From positions 18,786,001-18,850,000 of the forward strand of contig CM097887.1 in assembly GCA_044892525.1 (NCBI GenBank): 64,000 nucleotides of DNA, given 5' to 3'. The stretch comes from Schmidtea polychroa (Eukaryota). Under the pieces are notes generated by a model. The model saw only the letters and a list, made by a program, of their open reading frames with translations. It did not search any database and was not told the origin of the DNA. Below are positions 1-12,640 of this stretch, piece after piece; positions within the stretch are counted from its first letter, which is position 1; each line of letters begins with the position of its first letter. The position numbers and the translations under genes were made by a program.

Positions 1-577
1 TGACCGTCGAACTGGCAGCGATATATCCCCCAGCTGCTGAAAGTAAGCCTAAACGAAAGCGGCTTGGACGGAATATCCGGGAGAAATTGAAGAAGGCCAG
101 GTTGGCCGAGTACGAACGGTAAACAAATTCAGCGCAAGCGTCAACGACGGAACCAGTCTGCTCCGCCAGCAAGCCGATCTGAACTGTTACGAAATATTGT
201 TGTGTACATATTTGGTAGTGTCTTGTATATTACTGTAGTATTAAATTAATACATGGTTTGTAGTAGTAAATTGATACCTAACATATTTTGTGATTGCCTG
301 AGAAATGAGAGTTTGTGAGTAAGGTTGGGAAAACAATTCTGATAAGGGACCTGAGAAATCGGGGACACACCTTCTAACGGTAGTCCGTGAACCCATAGAG
401 TACTCGACAATTATAGTGCCTTGATGTGCTCACTTTTTGCGAGTACTCCTTGGTACAGTACCAACGTTGATTACTCAACGGGTACCAAGCGGAAAAATAA
501 TGTTGTATTCTGGGTTACGCTGGTAACAGCACTAACTAATAAACCTTCAACCACCAGTAACCCACCACATCCAAACA
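1..577 (+). mobile_element. 3' part of an LTR (same broad family as the 12641-14140 LTR), carrying the tail of an LTR-internal ORF at 3-122
   Basis: Relatively GC-rich block ending ...CATCCAAACA at 577. Frame 3-122 reads TVELAAIYPPAAESKPKRKRLGRNIREKLKKARLAEYER*, resembling KPKRRQLSRAERKRKQRERIA in the 12840 ORF. hAT transposase sequence resumes immediately at 578. Confidence 0.6.
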
Positions 578-1790
578 ATTTACAATTTTTTCTCAAGATC
601 GCAGGATGTTCTAACAGAAATAAATTGTACGAGCAAACTATTACAATCACAGAGCATGGATGTGAGATCAGCAGCTAGTGTGTTGAAAAAAACAACTGAA
701 TTTTTGATTTCTCGTAATTCCGAAGTTTCTTTCGCTAAATATATTTCAGAAGCTAAAGTATGCGCTATAGATGCGGATTTGACTGATGATTTTAGTCCTT
801 AGGTAGAAAATCAGATCCGAAAAAGAACGCTATTTTTTGGAGAGGAGCCAGAAGTACCCGAGTCCATTAATCCTAAAATGAAATTCAAAAGGAAATTTTT
901 CGACGTATTATTTACAATAGCAATTGCTTCAATGAAAGAACGTTTTGAATCGTTTTCAAGTGTTATGAAACCTTTTGAACTTTTGTATGATATTAAAAAA
1001 TGTGATGAAATGGAGAACAATAAACTCAACAATGTAAATTATTAGAAACAGCATTAACTTATAAAGAAAGCAAAGATCTTGACGCAAATGAACTGCAAAT
1101 TGAGCTGAAATTGTTGTCTCGAAAAATTGAAGATGATACTAACCCAGAAAACATTTTGAAATGGATTTATAACTCTTTCCAAATGCACTGATTGCATTAA
1201 GAGTGCTATTAACTTTACCCGTCTCTGTTGCTAAAGGTGAAAGAACTTTTTCTAAATTAAAAATGATTGAAAATTATCAGCAATCAACTATGGGGCAAGA
1301 AAAATTGAATGGTTCGGCAATAATCTCCATTGGATCGGACATTGCCAAATCTATAAACTTAGATATGTTGAGAAAAGATTTCACTAAAATCAAATATTTT
1401 ATACAATATTTTTTGTTGTTTTATTAATTTTCTAATTTTATTACTTGGATTATTTAATTTTTGTTTATTAATTTTTTTTTAAATAATAAAGAAAAAAGTT
1501 GTTTAATTTTTTGTCATAAATGTATTTAATTTGCCTTATAAATAATTATAATCAAAATATTATAGTTTATACACTATAACCGAATTTTAAAATAAATTGA
1601 CAATTATAAATTATCAAACATTGACAGTGACGTCGCTTTACTTTTAAACGATAATAACATAAGACCATAGAAAATAGTGACCGGTATTTGCTTATAATAT
1701 AGCTTTTTAGTAGGTACCTTATTGAAAAAAAATCAAAGGCGCCAAACATTTTTTGCACACACACAAAAAAACCACGAGCCGGGACTATAT
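578..1790 (+). pseudogene. hAT (ZMYM1-like) transposase C-terminal relic with 3' end
   Basis: Fragments DVLTEINCTSKLLQSQSMDV, KFKRKFFDVLFTIAIASMKERF and LRVLLTLPVSVAKGERTFSKLKMI (hAT dimerisation motif), broken by stops and frameshifts. Confidence 0.85.
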
Positions 1791-2643
1791 ATACATGAGT
1801 ATTTTATTATTCGATTAATAGATATTAATTATTAAACTATACTATCCAGAATCATGCTATAGGAATTTATATAATCACATCTATATTACTTTGATTAATT
1901 ATACGCGTGTGCTATTCGTCACCATAGTGAAGTAATAGGCACTGGATAATGGATCCTTGGTTAAAAGAAATTTGAATACGCTTTTGGTCGAATCAAAAGT
2001 TGGCAACCCTAATTAAGATAATTAATTAAGATAAATTCTTGCATTAAACTAAGTTTGAAGAGGATTGTTTGAAAAAGATTAAAATATCATTGAAAGGAAT
2101 TATTCTAAGTTGAAGACCTTGTAATTATTTTTTTCATAGTTAAAGGTTAAAATAGTTAAAATAATAGTTAAAATATTGAGGTTTCCTGGTAAAATTAATA
2201 ATGTTACTAAATCATAATATAAATATATAAATATAGGACAACTGCATTTATTATATGCAAGCTGGTAATGATAGCAAAAATGATAGAAAACATTTTTGGG
2301 TAATATTGCAAGCAACTTTAAAAACAAATTTGTGACCTGAAAAGGGTTCAGAGAAAATAATTATTTACTAGCTACTCATATTTGTCAAGATCGGATGTTT
2401 TGAATTGGACAAGTTGGTAAAATTCAAGATATTAATAAAAATATCTTTTGGAAATATTGCTAGCAATCAATTTAGACATTCAATTTTTTTAATTTAAAAA
2501 TATTATACGATTATCGTTGTTGGGCACTAGTAGTTTATAAGGCTTATAACTTAAAAAACAGTTGAGGAGAATGTCTAATGGATTTGAAAAAGGTTTGCCG
2601 AAATCCAGAGAAAACACACATCGATAATTACCTGAATCGTTAA

Positions 2644-3097
2644 CCCTATTAACACTAGGTTGTGACTTTGAATCACATTTTGTTTTAATTACTAGATATT
2701 ATACACAAATATATTGATGTTTCCAAATGATAACAATGTATTCACAAAAAAATCTAAAAATAATTCTACAGCAGTCATGGAGATTAGTATATTAAAATTA
2801 TTGTTTCGGTTCTTTTTCTACTGGTATATTAGTGTTTATATGAAATATTTGATTCAACTGTTATCACACTTTTTTCAAAAATATAATATTTTCAAGATAA
2901 ATAATTATATGTTTTATTCGAATGATGAGATGGCCAAAAGAATTAAATTGACTCAAGCAGAAATAATGGCAGCTTTAGACGAATTGGAAATTCAAGGTAA
3001 TGAAGATGAAACAAATGAAAATAATCTCTCAGATAGTGGAAGTGACCTATTAGAAACTACTTCCGAAAACAGTGATGAAATATTTGTAAGTAATTAG
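2644..3097 (+). mobile_element. piggyBac 5' end fragment
   Basis: TTAA (2640-2643) followed by CCCTATTAACACTAGG. Downstream is an acidic N-terminal peptide MAKRIKLTQAEIMAALDELE...SDSGSD, typical of piggyBac transposase N-termini. Confidence 0.55.
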
Positions 3098-3099
3098 TG

Positions 3100-3410
3100 A
3101 AGACGGTTTAAAAACAGCTACACTTCTTGAATTTGTGCAAGGTCCGCAAGACTTTGGATTAATTGAATCATATCCAATCATCAATATTGCTATACGATTA
3201 TTCCTCACACTGCCAGTATCAATTGCTTCGTGTGATAGAATTTTTAGCAATTTAACATTAATTAAAAACTATTTAAGATATGACAAGATAGATTATCCAA
3301 TTTTGTCATAATTCCTATTTCGTAAAGGATATTAATTATGACGATATAATTAATGAATTTGCTCAAATGAAAGCTAGAAAAGTACGATTACACGAAAATT
3401 AAATAATCTT
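3100..3410 (+). pseudogene. hAT dimerisation-domain fragment
   Basis: Reads ESYPIINIAIRLFLTLPVSIASCDRIFSNLTLIKNYLR. Confidence 0.8.
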
Positions 3411-4529
3411 ATAAACATTGTAATATATTTTTGTGAACAATAAATTTTTTATGGTATCTAATTGAAATATAATTACTTTTTTCCCAAAAAATATAGTTAC
3501 GGAACTGCTGAATTGTGCAAAGAGTTGGGCTTCGAATTTATTTGGATATCGTGATATCATCGCTATAAGGGCTTACTCTGCCTTTAAGTAAAATTTTAAA
3601 TAAAAATATAGAAAATAATGTTATCATTACTGACTTTCGAGGTTCTATAATCCAGTGAATTTTTTGGTGGGAATCTGATTCTTAGGTACACTGAAAATGT
3701 AGTTATCGGATTTTCAATAAATTCTTGAAAATAGTTTAAATGGATGGATGAGAAATAAAAAAAATAATTCAGTAAAACAATAATTTAAATCATATTTGGT
3801 CAAACTTTCATAATAGGTTAAAGTTATTAGGAGTAGAATGAACAGTTTAGGAAATTTTAAATAAAAACATTAAACTTATTTACATAATATAATAATTTAT
3901 TTAGAATAATATTTTGGAATTAATTGATTAATAAACAAATTATAATAAAATTTATAAATTAAAATTGAAAATGTTTAATTTTATTAATAAATTTTCTATA
4001 AATTTCTATTTTCACAAAATTTAACAGTCCTATTAGTTTCAATTTTTTGAAATATTTTATTTTAATATTTATTTCGTATTTAGAATTTTATTATGTTACA
4101 TTTTTAATATTGGAAATATATTATTGAAACTTGGAGAATTTATTACCAATTTTTACGTCTATAAATTTTTAACTTTTTTATAGATTTCTCTAATTTTTTC
4201 TTTTGTATTTGCGAATATGATAAATTTTATGAATTAATACTTCGGTGGACCTTCGAATATCTAAGACAATTTTAAATTTAAAAATCATTATAAATATTTT
4301 TAGAAAATTTTAAAATTGACTTTTAATATAAAAGTTACTAAACTTTTTCCCTATATGTTTTATCGTTTATAAGGTTGTTAGTTATCGAGGGTTCATTGGA
4401 AATATATTTAAATTATGAAAATCTTAGTTTTATTACTTACTATCTCGTCATTTGGCCCTTTATGCACAAAGATGTGAAAATATAGTGCATGTTTTTATGA
4501 TAATAGCCTTCAGATATTCTCATTTTGTT

Positions 4530-4956
4530 TATTTTCCATATTAATCGAGCTCGGGTTTCCTTCATCTCTCAGGTTCTTCATTGGCTCGGGTTTCCTATTA
4601 GCTCTGGTTTTCAATTAGCCAATTAATTAATTAATTGACGATTTTCTATTATCACACATTCTAGTGCTTTTTGACCCTTTCTAAACATTTTCTGATAATT
4701 TCCTAATCACCGTCTTGTTGACCATTACTTAATCTATACCTGACCGTTTTTTCGATTAAATTTAGATAAATTTACAATTTATTGATTTTTTCGGATTTGA
4801 GGATTTTTGCCTATCGTAACTGCTTTTGCTATTTCTTAATACCGTTTCCATCATAATTTCCTTTGCCATCAATTCTATGCATGACCACAATTTTATTTGT
4901 CTTTTTCATTCGACTTACATTTTATTTAAATTTATTTTAATTTACTGAACTCATCA
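4530..4956 (-). mobile_element. Partial LTR of the family seen at 24703-25618 and 50801-51839
   Basis: Reverse complement matches the 5' half of the 50801 LTR, including (TAAT)n-TGGCTAAT and the CCCGAGC repeats. The terminus is eroded (AACTCATCA vs ACCTCAACA). Confidence 0.75.
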
Positions 4957-5056
4957 TGTTTACAATATGTCTTTAAGATATAGAATTAAGCATATTACAG
5001 AATTGGCACTTTAATTCTGTAATTCATTAGGAAATTGACCAAACATCAGTCTAAAT

Positions 5057-5415
5057 CAGTGTTTCCCAACCTTCTTTATATCATACCCCACCTTAGTATT
5101 TTCAAAAGTCATATGCCCTACCGGCTCCTTTGAAGTAGCTGTCAAAATTCGATAATCAGTATTATCAGTATGCAAGAATGACGGTGAAATTGCTGTATGC
5201 ACGTTGTTATATTTNNNNNNNNNNNNNNNNNNNNNNNNNNNNNNNNNNNNNNNNNNNNNNNNNNNNNNNNNNNNNNNNNNNNNNNNNNNNNNNNNNNNNN
5301 NNNNNNNNNNNNNNNNNNNNNNNNNNNNNNNNNNNNNNNNNNNNNNNNNNNNNNNNNNNNNNNNNNNNNATGTGCCCCACCACTGAGGCGTTATGCCACA
5401 CTGTGAGAAGCACTG
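5057..5415. mobile_element. Charlie-like hAT MITE spanning an assembly gap
   Basis: TIRs CAGTGTTTCCCA / GAGAAGCACTG, flanked by 8-bp near-identical TSD GTCTAAAT/GTCTAAAC. Confidence 0.65.
5215..5369. other. Assembly gap (N run)
   Basis: Run of N. Confidence 1.
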
Positions 5416-5972
5416 GTCTAAACGGTATTTTATTTTTGTAATGTTTATGTAACGGCTTTCTTATTGAATCATCTTATAAAAAATTAATGAAGGATTTTGA
5501 TGATATGTATCTTAAATGCAAATATAAAAATAAAATGTCATTTTTTTCGCGGAACACGAGTTGAGAACCACTGAGTTAAGATATTTACTTGGATGAATTC
5601 CAAACACGTTGTACGACTTGAATTACGTACAAACATGAACCTAACTTGTTTTGTGCGCCTGCAGATCACACTAATTATCCAATATCTTTCCTCGGCTAGG
5701 AACCTCCCTTTTTCATCTCATCTTGACATCATGTGAGTTTCATTAATTTCAGCAATCTCACCTGGTCCACCGAGTAGCTCAGTTACATCAACAGTATTCA
5801 TTCATAAGAGAAATTTGTTAATAAAGTTTCATGCTCTCTTCATCGTGTTGTACTTGCGATGATATCTATGCAATTGTTTATAGCATAGTCCTTAAATATA
5901 TTATTCGTAGGCATTTGCTTAATGGCATGCCATTTCCTTCAAAAATACCATTATCAAAAAAAGATTCTGATG

Positions 5973-6780
5973 CAGTGGCGTAGCTAGAAATTTTGGGCCC
6001 CTATGCTATGAGTCATAGATGGGCCCCCTATACTGTATACACAAGTGAAACAGGTGCGGAGCACCATAGCGCAGCAGGGGAAAAGATTTTGGCCCCCTTT
6101 GGAAGCACAATTGAATTAGACCAGGGTTTCCCAAACTTTTCCTGCGACGGAACACTTAGTATCTCTCGAAATTTTGATGGAACACCTTGTTTGTTTTGTA
6201 CGGTATGAGACCAGTGGCGTAGGCCTACCCAAGATTTTTTTAAAAGGGAAGGGAGAGTGTTAATTGAAAGAAGGGTTTATAGTTACAGAAGAGATTTGCA
6301 CCGCAGGCAAAACATTTTTAGGTCCTCTTTGCAAAGACGATTTAAATAAATAATTAGAGCTCAATATACAATATAACAGTATAAATCGTTATAAAATGAT
6401 AGTCATGTATCAGGGACAAATGTGTATAGCCGACAAGCGAAACAATTTTTTCGACTTCTATATGAATGGGCGATTTACTTAGATAACTAAATTTGCTTGC
6501 TTATACAGTTTATTATTAGCGAGGGAGAGGCAGAGGGGAATGCATAAATAGGTAAAATGCAGGTAAATAATGTACTTAATGCAATAAGTAAACAAAACAG
6601 TGGAGCTTTATTACATTAAACCACAAATCGATCATTTGGAGGTTCCTGTTGACTGGTGCCGACCGTGCCGTTGTTTGACATTGTTTTCTGAAGAAAATTA
6701 AGGAAACTTGGAAAAAAGCCCCCTTGTCTTGTGGGCCCCTATGCATTGCTTACTCTTGCTAATTGGTATCTACGCCACTG
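5973..6780. mobile_element. Non-autonomous hAT element with nested MITE fragments
   Basis: TIR CAGTGGCGTAG...CTACGCCACTG and perfect 8-bp TSD TTCTGATG (5965-5972, 6781-6788). Further TIR-like starts lie inside at about 6122 and 6212. Confidence 0.9.
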
Positions 6781-7434
6781 TTCTGATGAGCGCCAACTTT
6801 TACTACTACAGCGCCATCTATTATTTATTTAAGGGATTGAAAAAATAAGAAAAATATTTGACTTTTATATGTTTTAATGTTTTCATTTTTTTCCTTCTAA
6901 AAATCTAGGTTCTTACCTTCGGAACTTCTGGTTTGAGATATTCATAATCATTTCTGAAGTTTTCAATAATTAAATTTGAACATGTTTCTCAAAATATATT
7001 TCATATATTATTAGCTTATTATGCTTTCTCGGTAGTACTCTCGGTATACTCTCGGTATATCCCACCTCCTAATCTCCTCAGGCGTCATCTCAATAACAAA
7101 GATTTAAGAATATAAATTTAAAAATTACACCATAAAATCCTAAGATATATATAAGGATAAATGAACGCATTCTTAGTTTTGCAAATTAATATTTTGGAAC
7201 CTTAATACTTTACAAAAATATTCAAAATTAAAAATAATAGTATCATTAAACTTACTAAATCGTGCGAGCAATGAGTGGTAATAGATTCTAAATAGGTCGG
7301 AAAATATGGTTAAGTTATTGGCGCTCGGGTGAATTCCCCTCCTTATCTCTTCAGTAATGTTCTTTCGTTATAACTTTCCCTGTGAATCCATCATTAAATT
7401 TTCATTATAATTTCTGAATTTTTCTTATATATAT

Positions 7435-10064
7435 TAAGGTGACCAACTATACTCATTTACTTAGTTTTGTACTCTTTTCAAATCCTGTACTCTGAAAGTA
7501 CTCATTTGTATTTCTAAAACATTTTTTTAGATTATTTTATTTCAATTTTATAAATTAAATATTTAAAATTATTTTGACAGTGATTTGATTTATCATAGTT
7601 TAATTTTCATTTTACTTAAATAATATCAGATTATAATATTTATTTAAAATCAAAATAAAAAATATATTACTAATTATTTTATAATATAATTTTTAGATTA
7701 TTAATTCAAATATGAGCGATAACAAAAGAAGGACAAATTGTTTAAACGAAAATTTAAAAAAAGTTTCCATTCATTGTAGTTAAAAATTGAAATGATGACT
7801 CCTTGATTAAATGCACAATTTGCAATAGAGAATTTTCAAATGCAATTCATTAACGTAGTGCAATTACGGCAAACATTGAAACTAAAGTACATAAAACGTC
7901 TCATGAAACAGCAGCGTCAACATCCAAACTGACAACATTTTTTAAAGGGAATGCTTTTGGAACTAGTGAAAAAATTTGGCAGTTATGAAGGGTACTTTCG
8001 CTTTTCACACAATAATCCATAATCAAAGTTTTCGCAGCATGGACTGTACTAATAAATTATTAAAAAAATTTTGTGACGAAAAATTTACTTGTGCGCGAGT
8101 CTATCGTAACCAGCGTATTTAATGAATACTGCAAGAAAATGCTATCAGAAAATCTGGATTCTGTATCTCATATATATATATATATATATACAAATTCATA
8201 CATATGTATATATCAATATAAAGATAGAAAGTTTATAAAATATTTAATTTACTTGATAAAAAAAGCAGAACTATTTGGCGCCCGCTTCTAAATCGGCGCC
8301 CTAGGCTGCTGCCGACGTCGCCTATGCCTAAAACCGGGCCTGTATATATATATATATATAATTTTCATATATATATATAACACTGAAATAAAACTTTATC
8401 CGATTTTAGTAAGGTATTACAATATTAAGAACGGTATTCAAATTAAGATTTTAAATTTGGAATCAATCGAAGAGGAAACATCAGACATTTTGTCTAATCA
8501 CTTATTTCGAGTTATAACAGACAACAATTCGAATAAGAAAATTTGGCGCTCTCGGCTGATAACACAAATACTAATTTTGGAGGACGCACCCGTAAATAAT
8601 GTGTACACAAAATTACAAGATCTTCTGAAATGAAATATTTTGGTAATTGGTTGTAATGCTCACATTATATCAAATGCCATCAATATAGCATCAAGTTCCA
8701 TGTCAATAGATGTGGAAGTAATTATTACAAATATATATTTATATTTCAATAGGTTTACAGTACGGGTAGCAAGTTTGGAAGAATTTTGTGAAAAGGCTGG
8801 TGTTCAATACAAAAAACTGCTTGGTTATTCCAAAGTCAGATGGCTTGCTTTAACTAAAGAATTTGAACGCGTTTTGCAATTATATGATCTACTACGTTCA
8901 TATTTTTTAAGCCTTGACAAATGTCCTACCATTTTGAAGAAATTCTTTCAAAACGATATGTCGGAACCTATGCTTTATTTTATTCACAGTCAGGCGTCGT
9001 TGTTTCATAAAATTACTCTACAAATTGAAGGAGATAAAATTTCAGCAGCAGAAGTTTGTATTATATGAGGAAGTTAAAAGATTCTTAAAGATTAATAAGA
9101 AATTTGGTAAAAATTTTAAAAATATTTTTATTGAAAAATATTTTAAAAAGAAGAAATTTATCAAAGAAATATTTTAAGAAAATCTGAAATTTGTTTAAAT
9201 AACAAAAATAAGAACAGACAAGTTTTTTGAGATATCTTTTATTAAATAAAATTTTATGGAATTATTTAGTGATTCAAAAACGGATGAGAATCCTAATATA
9301 TTATATTAAACGATTTCATACTGCGATGTAAATCAAGATTTAATGATGGGTTTTTACCACTAATTCTAAAGAATAAACTGACCGTTTTTGGAAGATTCCA
9401 ATCTCAGAATAAAAAATGAATTTTTAAATGAAGTTAAAAATTTAATAAAATTTGCTATGAATATATCGAAGAATGGATAGTGAACTTTAGAGCATTTAAT
9501 TGTTTTAAATGGACCCTTCTAAATAGTAAAATTGAATGGAAAGAAGTTTCTTCGGCAGTCGAATTTGTTATGAAGGAAGTAAAAGATATTGTTATTAATG
9601 ACAATTTTCTCTTTGAAGAAATTCGAAGAGTAAATTTATATTTAAATGAAGAAAAATATAAGAACTGGAACGATGAGAAAATAGAACTTGACAAAAGATG
9701 GGTAGAAATCTTAGAGTATAAGAGATCCCACATGAATATTTAAAAGTTTTAATAGAAATTTCCTTATGTTGCCCAGGCACTAATGCTGCTGTTGAAAGGG
9801 TATTTTAACTAGGAATGATTATTGGAGCTGTGAGAAGTCGCAACTTTCTGTAAAAACATTATCTGCCGTCTTAACGGTCAAATTTAATATGCAAAATGAA
9901 AGTTGTTCGGATGTGGCTACATTATCCTCATTTAGTAAAAAAATTCACTCCGAAGAAAAATGTTTTTAAAAGAAAATAAAGTTTTTATCCTTTTTTCTTT
10001 TTTTTCACCTATGAAATAATTGCAAAGTGTACTCTGTTTGAACAAAAAATAGCTGGTCACCTTA
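7435..10064 (+). mobile_element. Blackjack-type hAT element with degenerate transposase
   Basis: TIRs TAAGGTGACCA(A/G)CTAT / ATAGCTGGTCACCTTA in TA-repeat flanks. Transposase fragments include SADNTNTNFGG, GCNAHIISNA, LLGYSKVRWLAL and PGTNAAVERVF at about 7710-9960. Confidence 0.85.
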
Positions 10065-10181
10065 TATATATATTTGGTTTTTATACTAACCCAAACAAAT
10101 TCCAATCAATTTGATTGGTGCGTTTCATTTTTGTTTTAAATGCTGTTTTCTACTTTTATTTTGTATTTTTTTATTTTCCTG

Positions 10182-10760
10182 TGTTGGGCTGAATCGAAGG
10201 GTATCCAAGAAATTAGGTTAAACATAATGAAATTAAAATAAAAATGAAACAAAAAACAAATTTAAGAATAAAATAGAATAGGATATAAGAAAAATAATAA
10301 ATTAGAAAATAAGAGTTAAAACAAAAAATATAAAAATAAGGAAAATTGAAATAGGACAATAGAATGACAAAAAATAACGTAAAATGTAGTAAATAATAAA
10401 GAAATTAAAGAAAATAAATAAAAAACACAATAAAAATAAAGAAAATAGGAAAAAATAACTCAAAAACAAGAAAAATAAATTAAAGCAATAAAATTAAGCG
10501 GCACTCAATTCTGATTGGTCCGCACACATCAAAAATTAATATATAAGGAAACACAAAAATTATAAACTTACAGTTAAACAACCAACTTTACAGGTAAGAT
10601 AAATTTTAACAGTTACAGTTAAACAACCAACTTTACAGGTACACAGCAACAACGTACGAGAATCAATCTAGAAACCAGGAGATATTATCAAACAGTTAAT
10701 AATCGACGTAAATTTCGAGTAACCATTTATTCGATTCGATACCTCCCGACTCAGCCTATA
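10182..10760. mobile_element. Possible solo LTR or TIR element
   Basis: Begins TGTTGGGCTGAATCG and ends CGACTCAGCCTATA (imperfect inverted termini). It has a purine-rich interior and an internal direct repeat TTACAGTTAAACAACCAACTTTACAGGTA twice (about 10568 and 10612). Confidence 0.4.
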
Positions 10761-10929
10761 AATCTATACAAATTACTTGGTCAGGGATTTTTCGATTTAT
10801 GCTTTTATCTAAGTAATAGTAGTCATGTAATTTTATGAAATAATTATAAATTTAACTGAAAATAGTTTCCTTTTCGTTTGATTCCTAATGATAAATTTGC
10901 TAATTAGATGATTTAGTTATTCAATAAAT

Positions 10930-12266
10930 GAATTATTATGAACTTTTTATGATTGATTTTCATGCATTATTATTTAATGATTATAAATTTCCGAGAAACG
11001 TGGCGTTGAGAAACTCCATGTCATGGTATGAGGTGCCTTCGGGAGCTCGGCCGGTGGACATGGCGTTTTTCAATCACGCAGCTGATTCGGGCCGTAATGT
11101 GGGGGCTTCCTCACGGGTCCGTCGCTGAAGATGCGACTAAAATAGGTGATCAATACTGTAGAGAGATGGTAACTATCAAGCAATGGGAAGTGTAGGCATA
11201 TGAGGAAAAATCTTGTTCGAGAGTTCGCACAGTGATTGAGGGCGTCATACTATTGTCTTTATCAAATTGAAACTGGTACTATCATCTGAAGATCTATACA
11301 GGATTCTCCGTTAAATCAGTCTGGACATCATTTGTAGCATATTATCTGCGTTCATGATTCCACTCGAAATTATTCCTGAAACCTTCAGCCTAAGGATCTT
11401 CACAACTGCTACTTTCATCATCTATATCCATCACGTGCAATCAACTTTGCTGCGTCTCTCTAAAAACCTACTTGTGGTGAATTGTGACAAACAAATAGTT
11501 CTCAAAAATAATAAACCATAAAATGATAATGAATATAGTCAGGAAAAATGTATTTATAAAAACAATCAAACATGTCATTCCCTTGTATATCGAATACCAA
11601 ACGTTTGTGGCAACTGATGCAAAGTTAGGATGGGAGGTAACTGATCCGATAGACCCTCCATGGGAATAAAATCCGAGTCTTAGAGATGTCACAGAGGATG
11701 ATGGAATATCCGCATTTCGTCGAATTGTATTTCCAGCGATAGTTAATAAATTTCCAACTCGATATAGACAGTGGGCATGTTGATGATGATAAAATCCATG
11801 AGGGGAGTAGAAATTATAGCTTGAATAGTTGACCAGTTTGTCTACGAAACGGATTACATCCAGTAATAGCGGTACGCAAAAGCTACCTATGCAAAATTTC
11901 CACGAGAGATAGAAATTCAACACGGTGTAATATAACATCTGATGATTCATGCAAGCTGCCAAATAGGATAAGAGTCTCACGAAGTGAGTACCCGCACACA
12001 TGTGTAAATGCACACATTGCAAGTTCTAATAGCCAAAATCCACATGCTGGTGCTCACCAATAATAACACGGATATCACTAGCCATAATTCTAAGAGCCTA
12101 TCTTCCAGGTGATACGTTCCTTGAGATCGCATAGTCATCTAACCCGATAGTAGATAATTCACCGCGAACGGCTAACTTGAGAAAAGTCCACCGGGTGTGT
12201 CATATAAAATCTCGGCTAATTACCGAAAGCACTAGACATGAGTGATGATAACACGAGTCACCAACA
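10930..12266 (+). mobile_element. Decayed LTR-retroelement relic ending in an LTR terminus
   Basis: GC-richer block with broken reading frames, ending ...GAGTCACCAACA like the other LTR 3' ends in the window. The 5' boundary was not identified. Confidence 0.45.
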
Positions 12267-12640
12267 ACTCAATAATTAATTTTAAAATAGTAAATAAATG
12301 TGAGATTTGAAAACAAAATTATAATAAATTATAGACAATATAATCGAAAGCCTAAATAAAATACAAACAAAATGCAACTCAATTAATCCAAGTCTATTAC
12401 TGGAACTGCAAAAATTTAATATTTTTGCTTAATGATGAATTAAAACCAACTTATCTAATTATCTATAAAATCATTATAATGATTAGTTAAATTTTCACTT
12501 AGTAGTTATTTAGTTCGGGTTGAATTTTCAATGCTATTTACCCTCTTCAAGAAAAATTTCCGTCATCAATAATTCCTCTTAAACATGTAATTTTCATTTT
12601 CTTTAACAATGATGTACAACCTTCGTTAAGTAAAGCCTAA

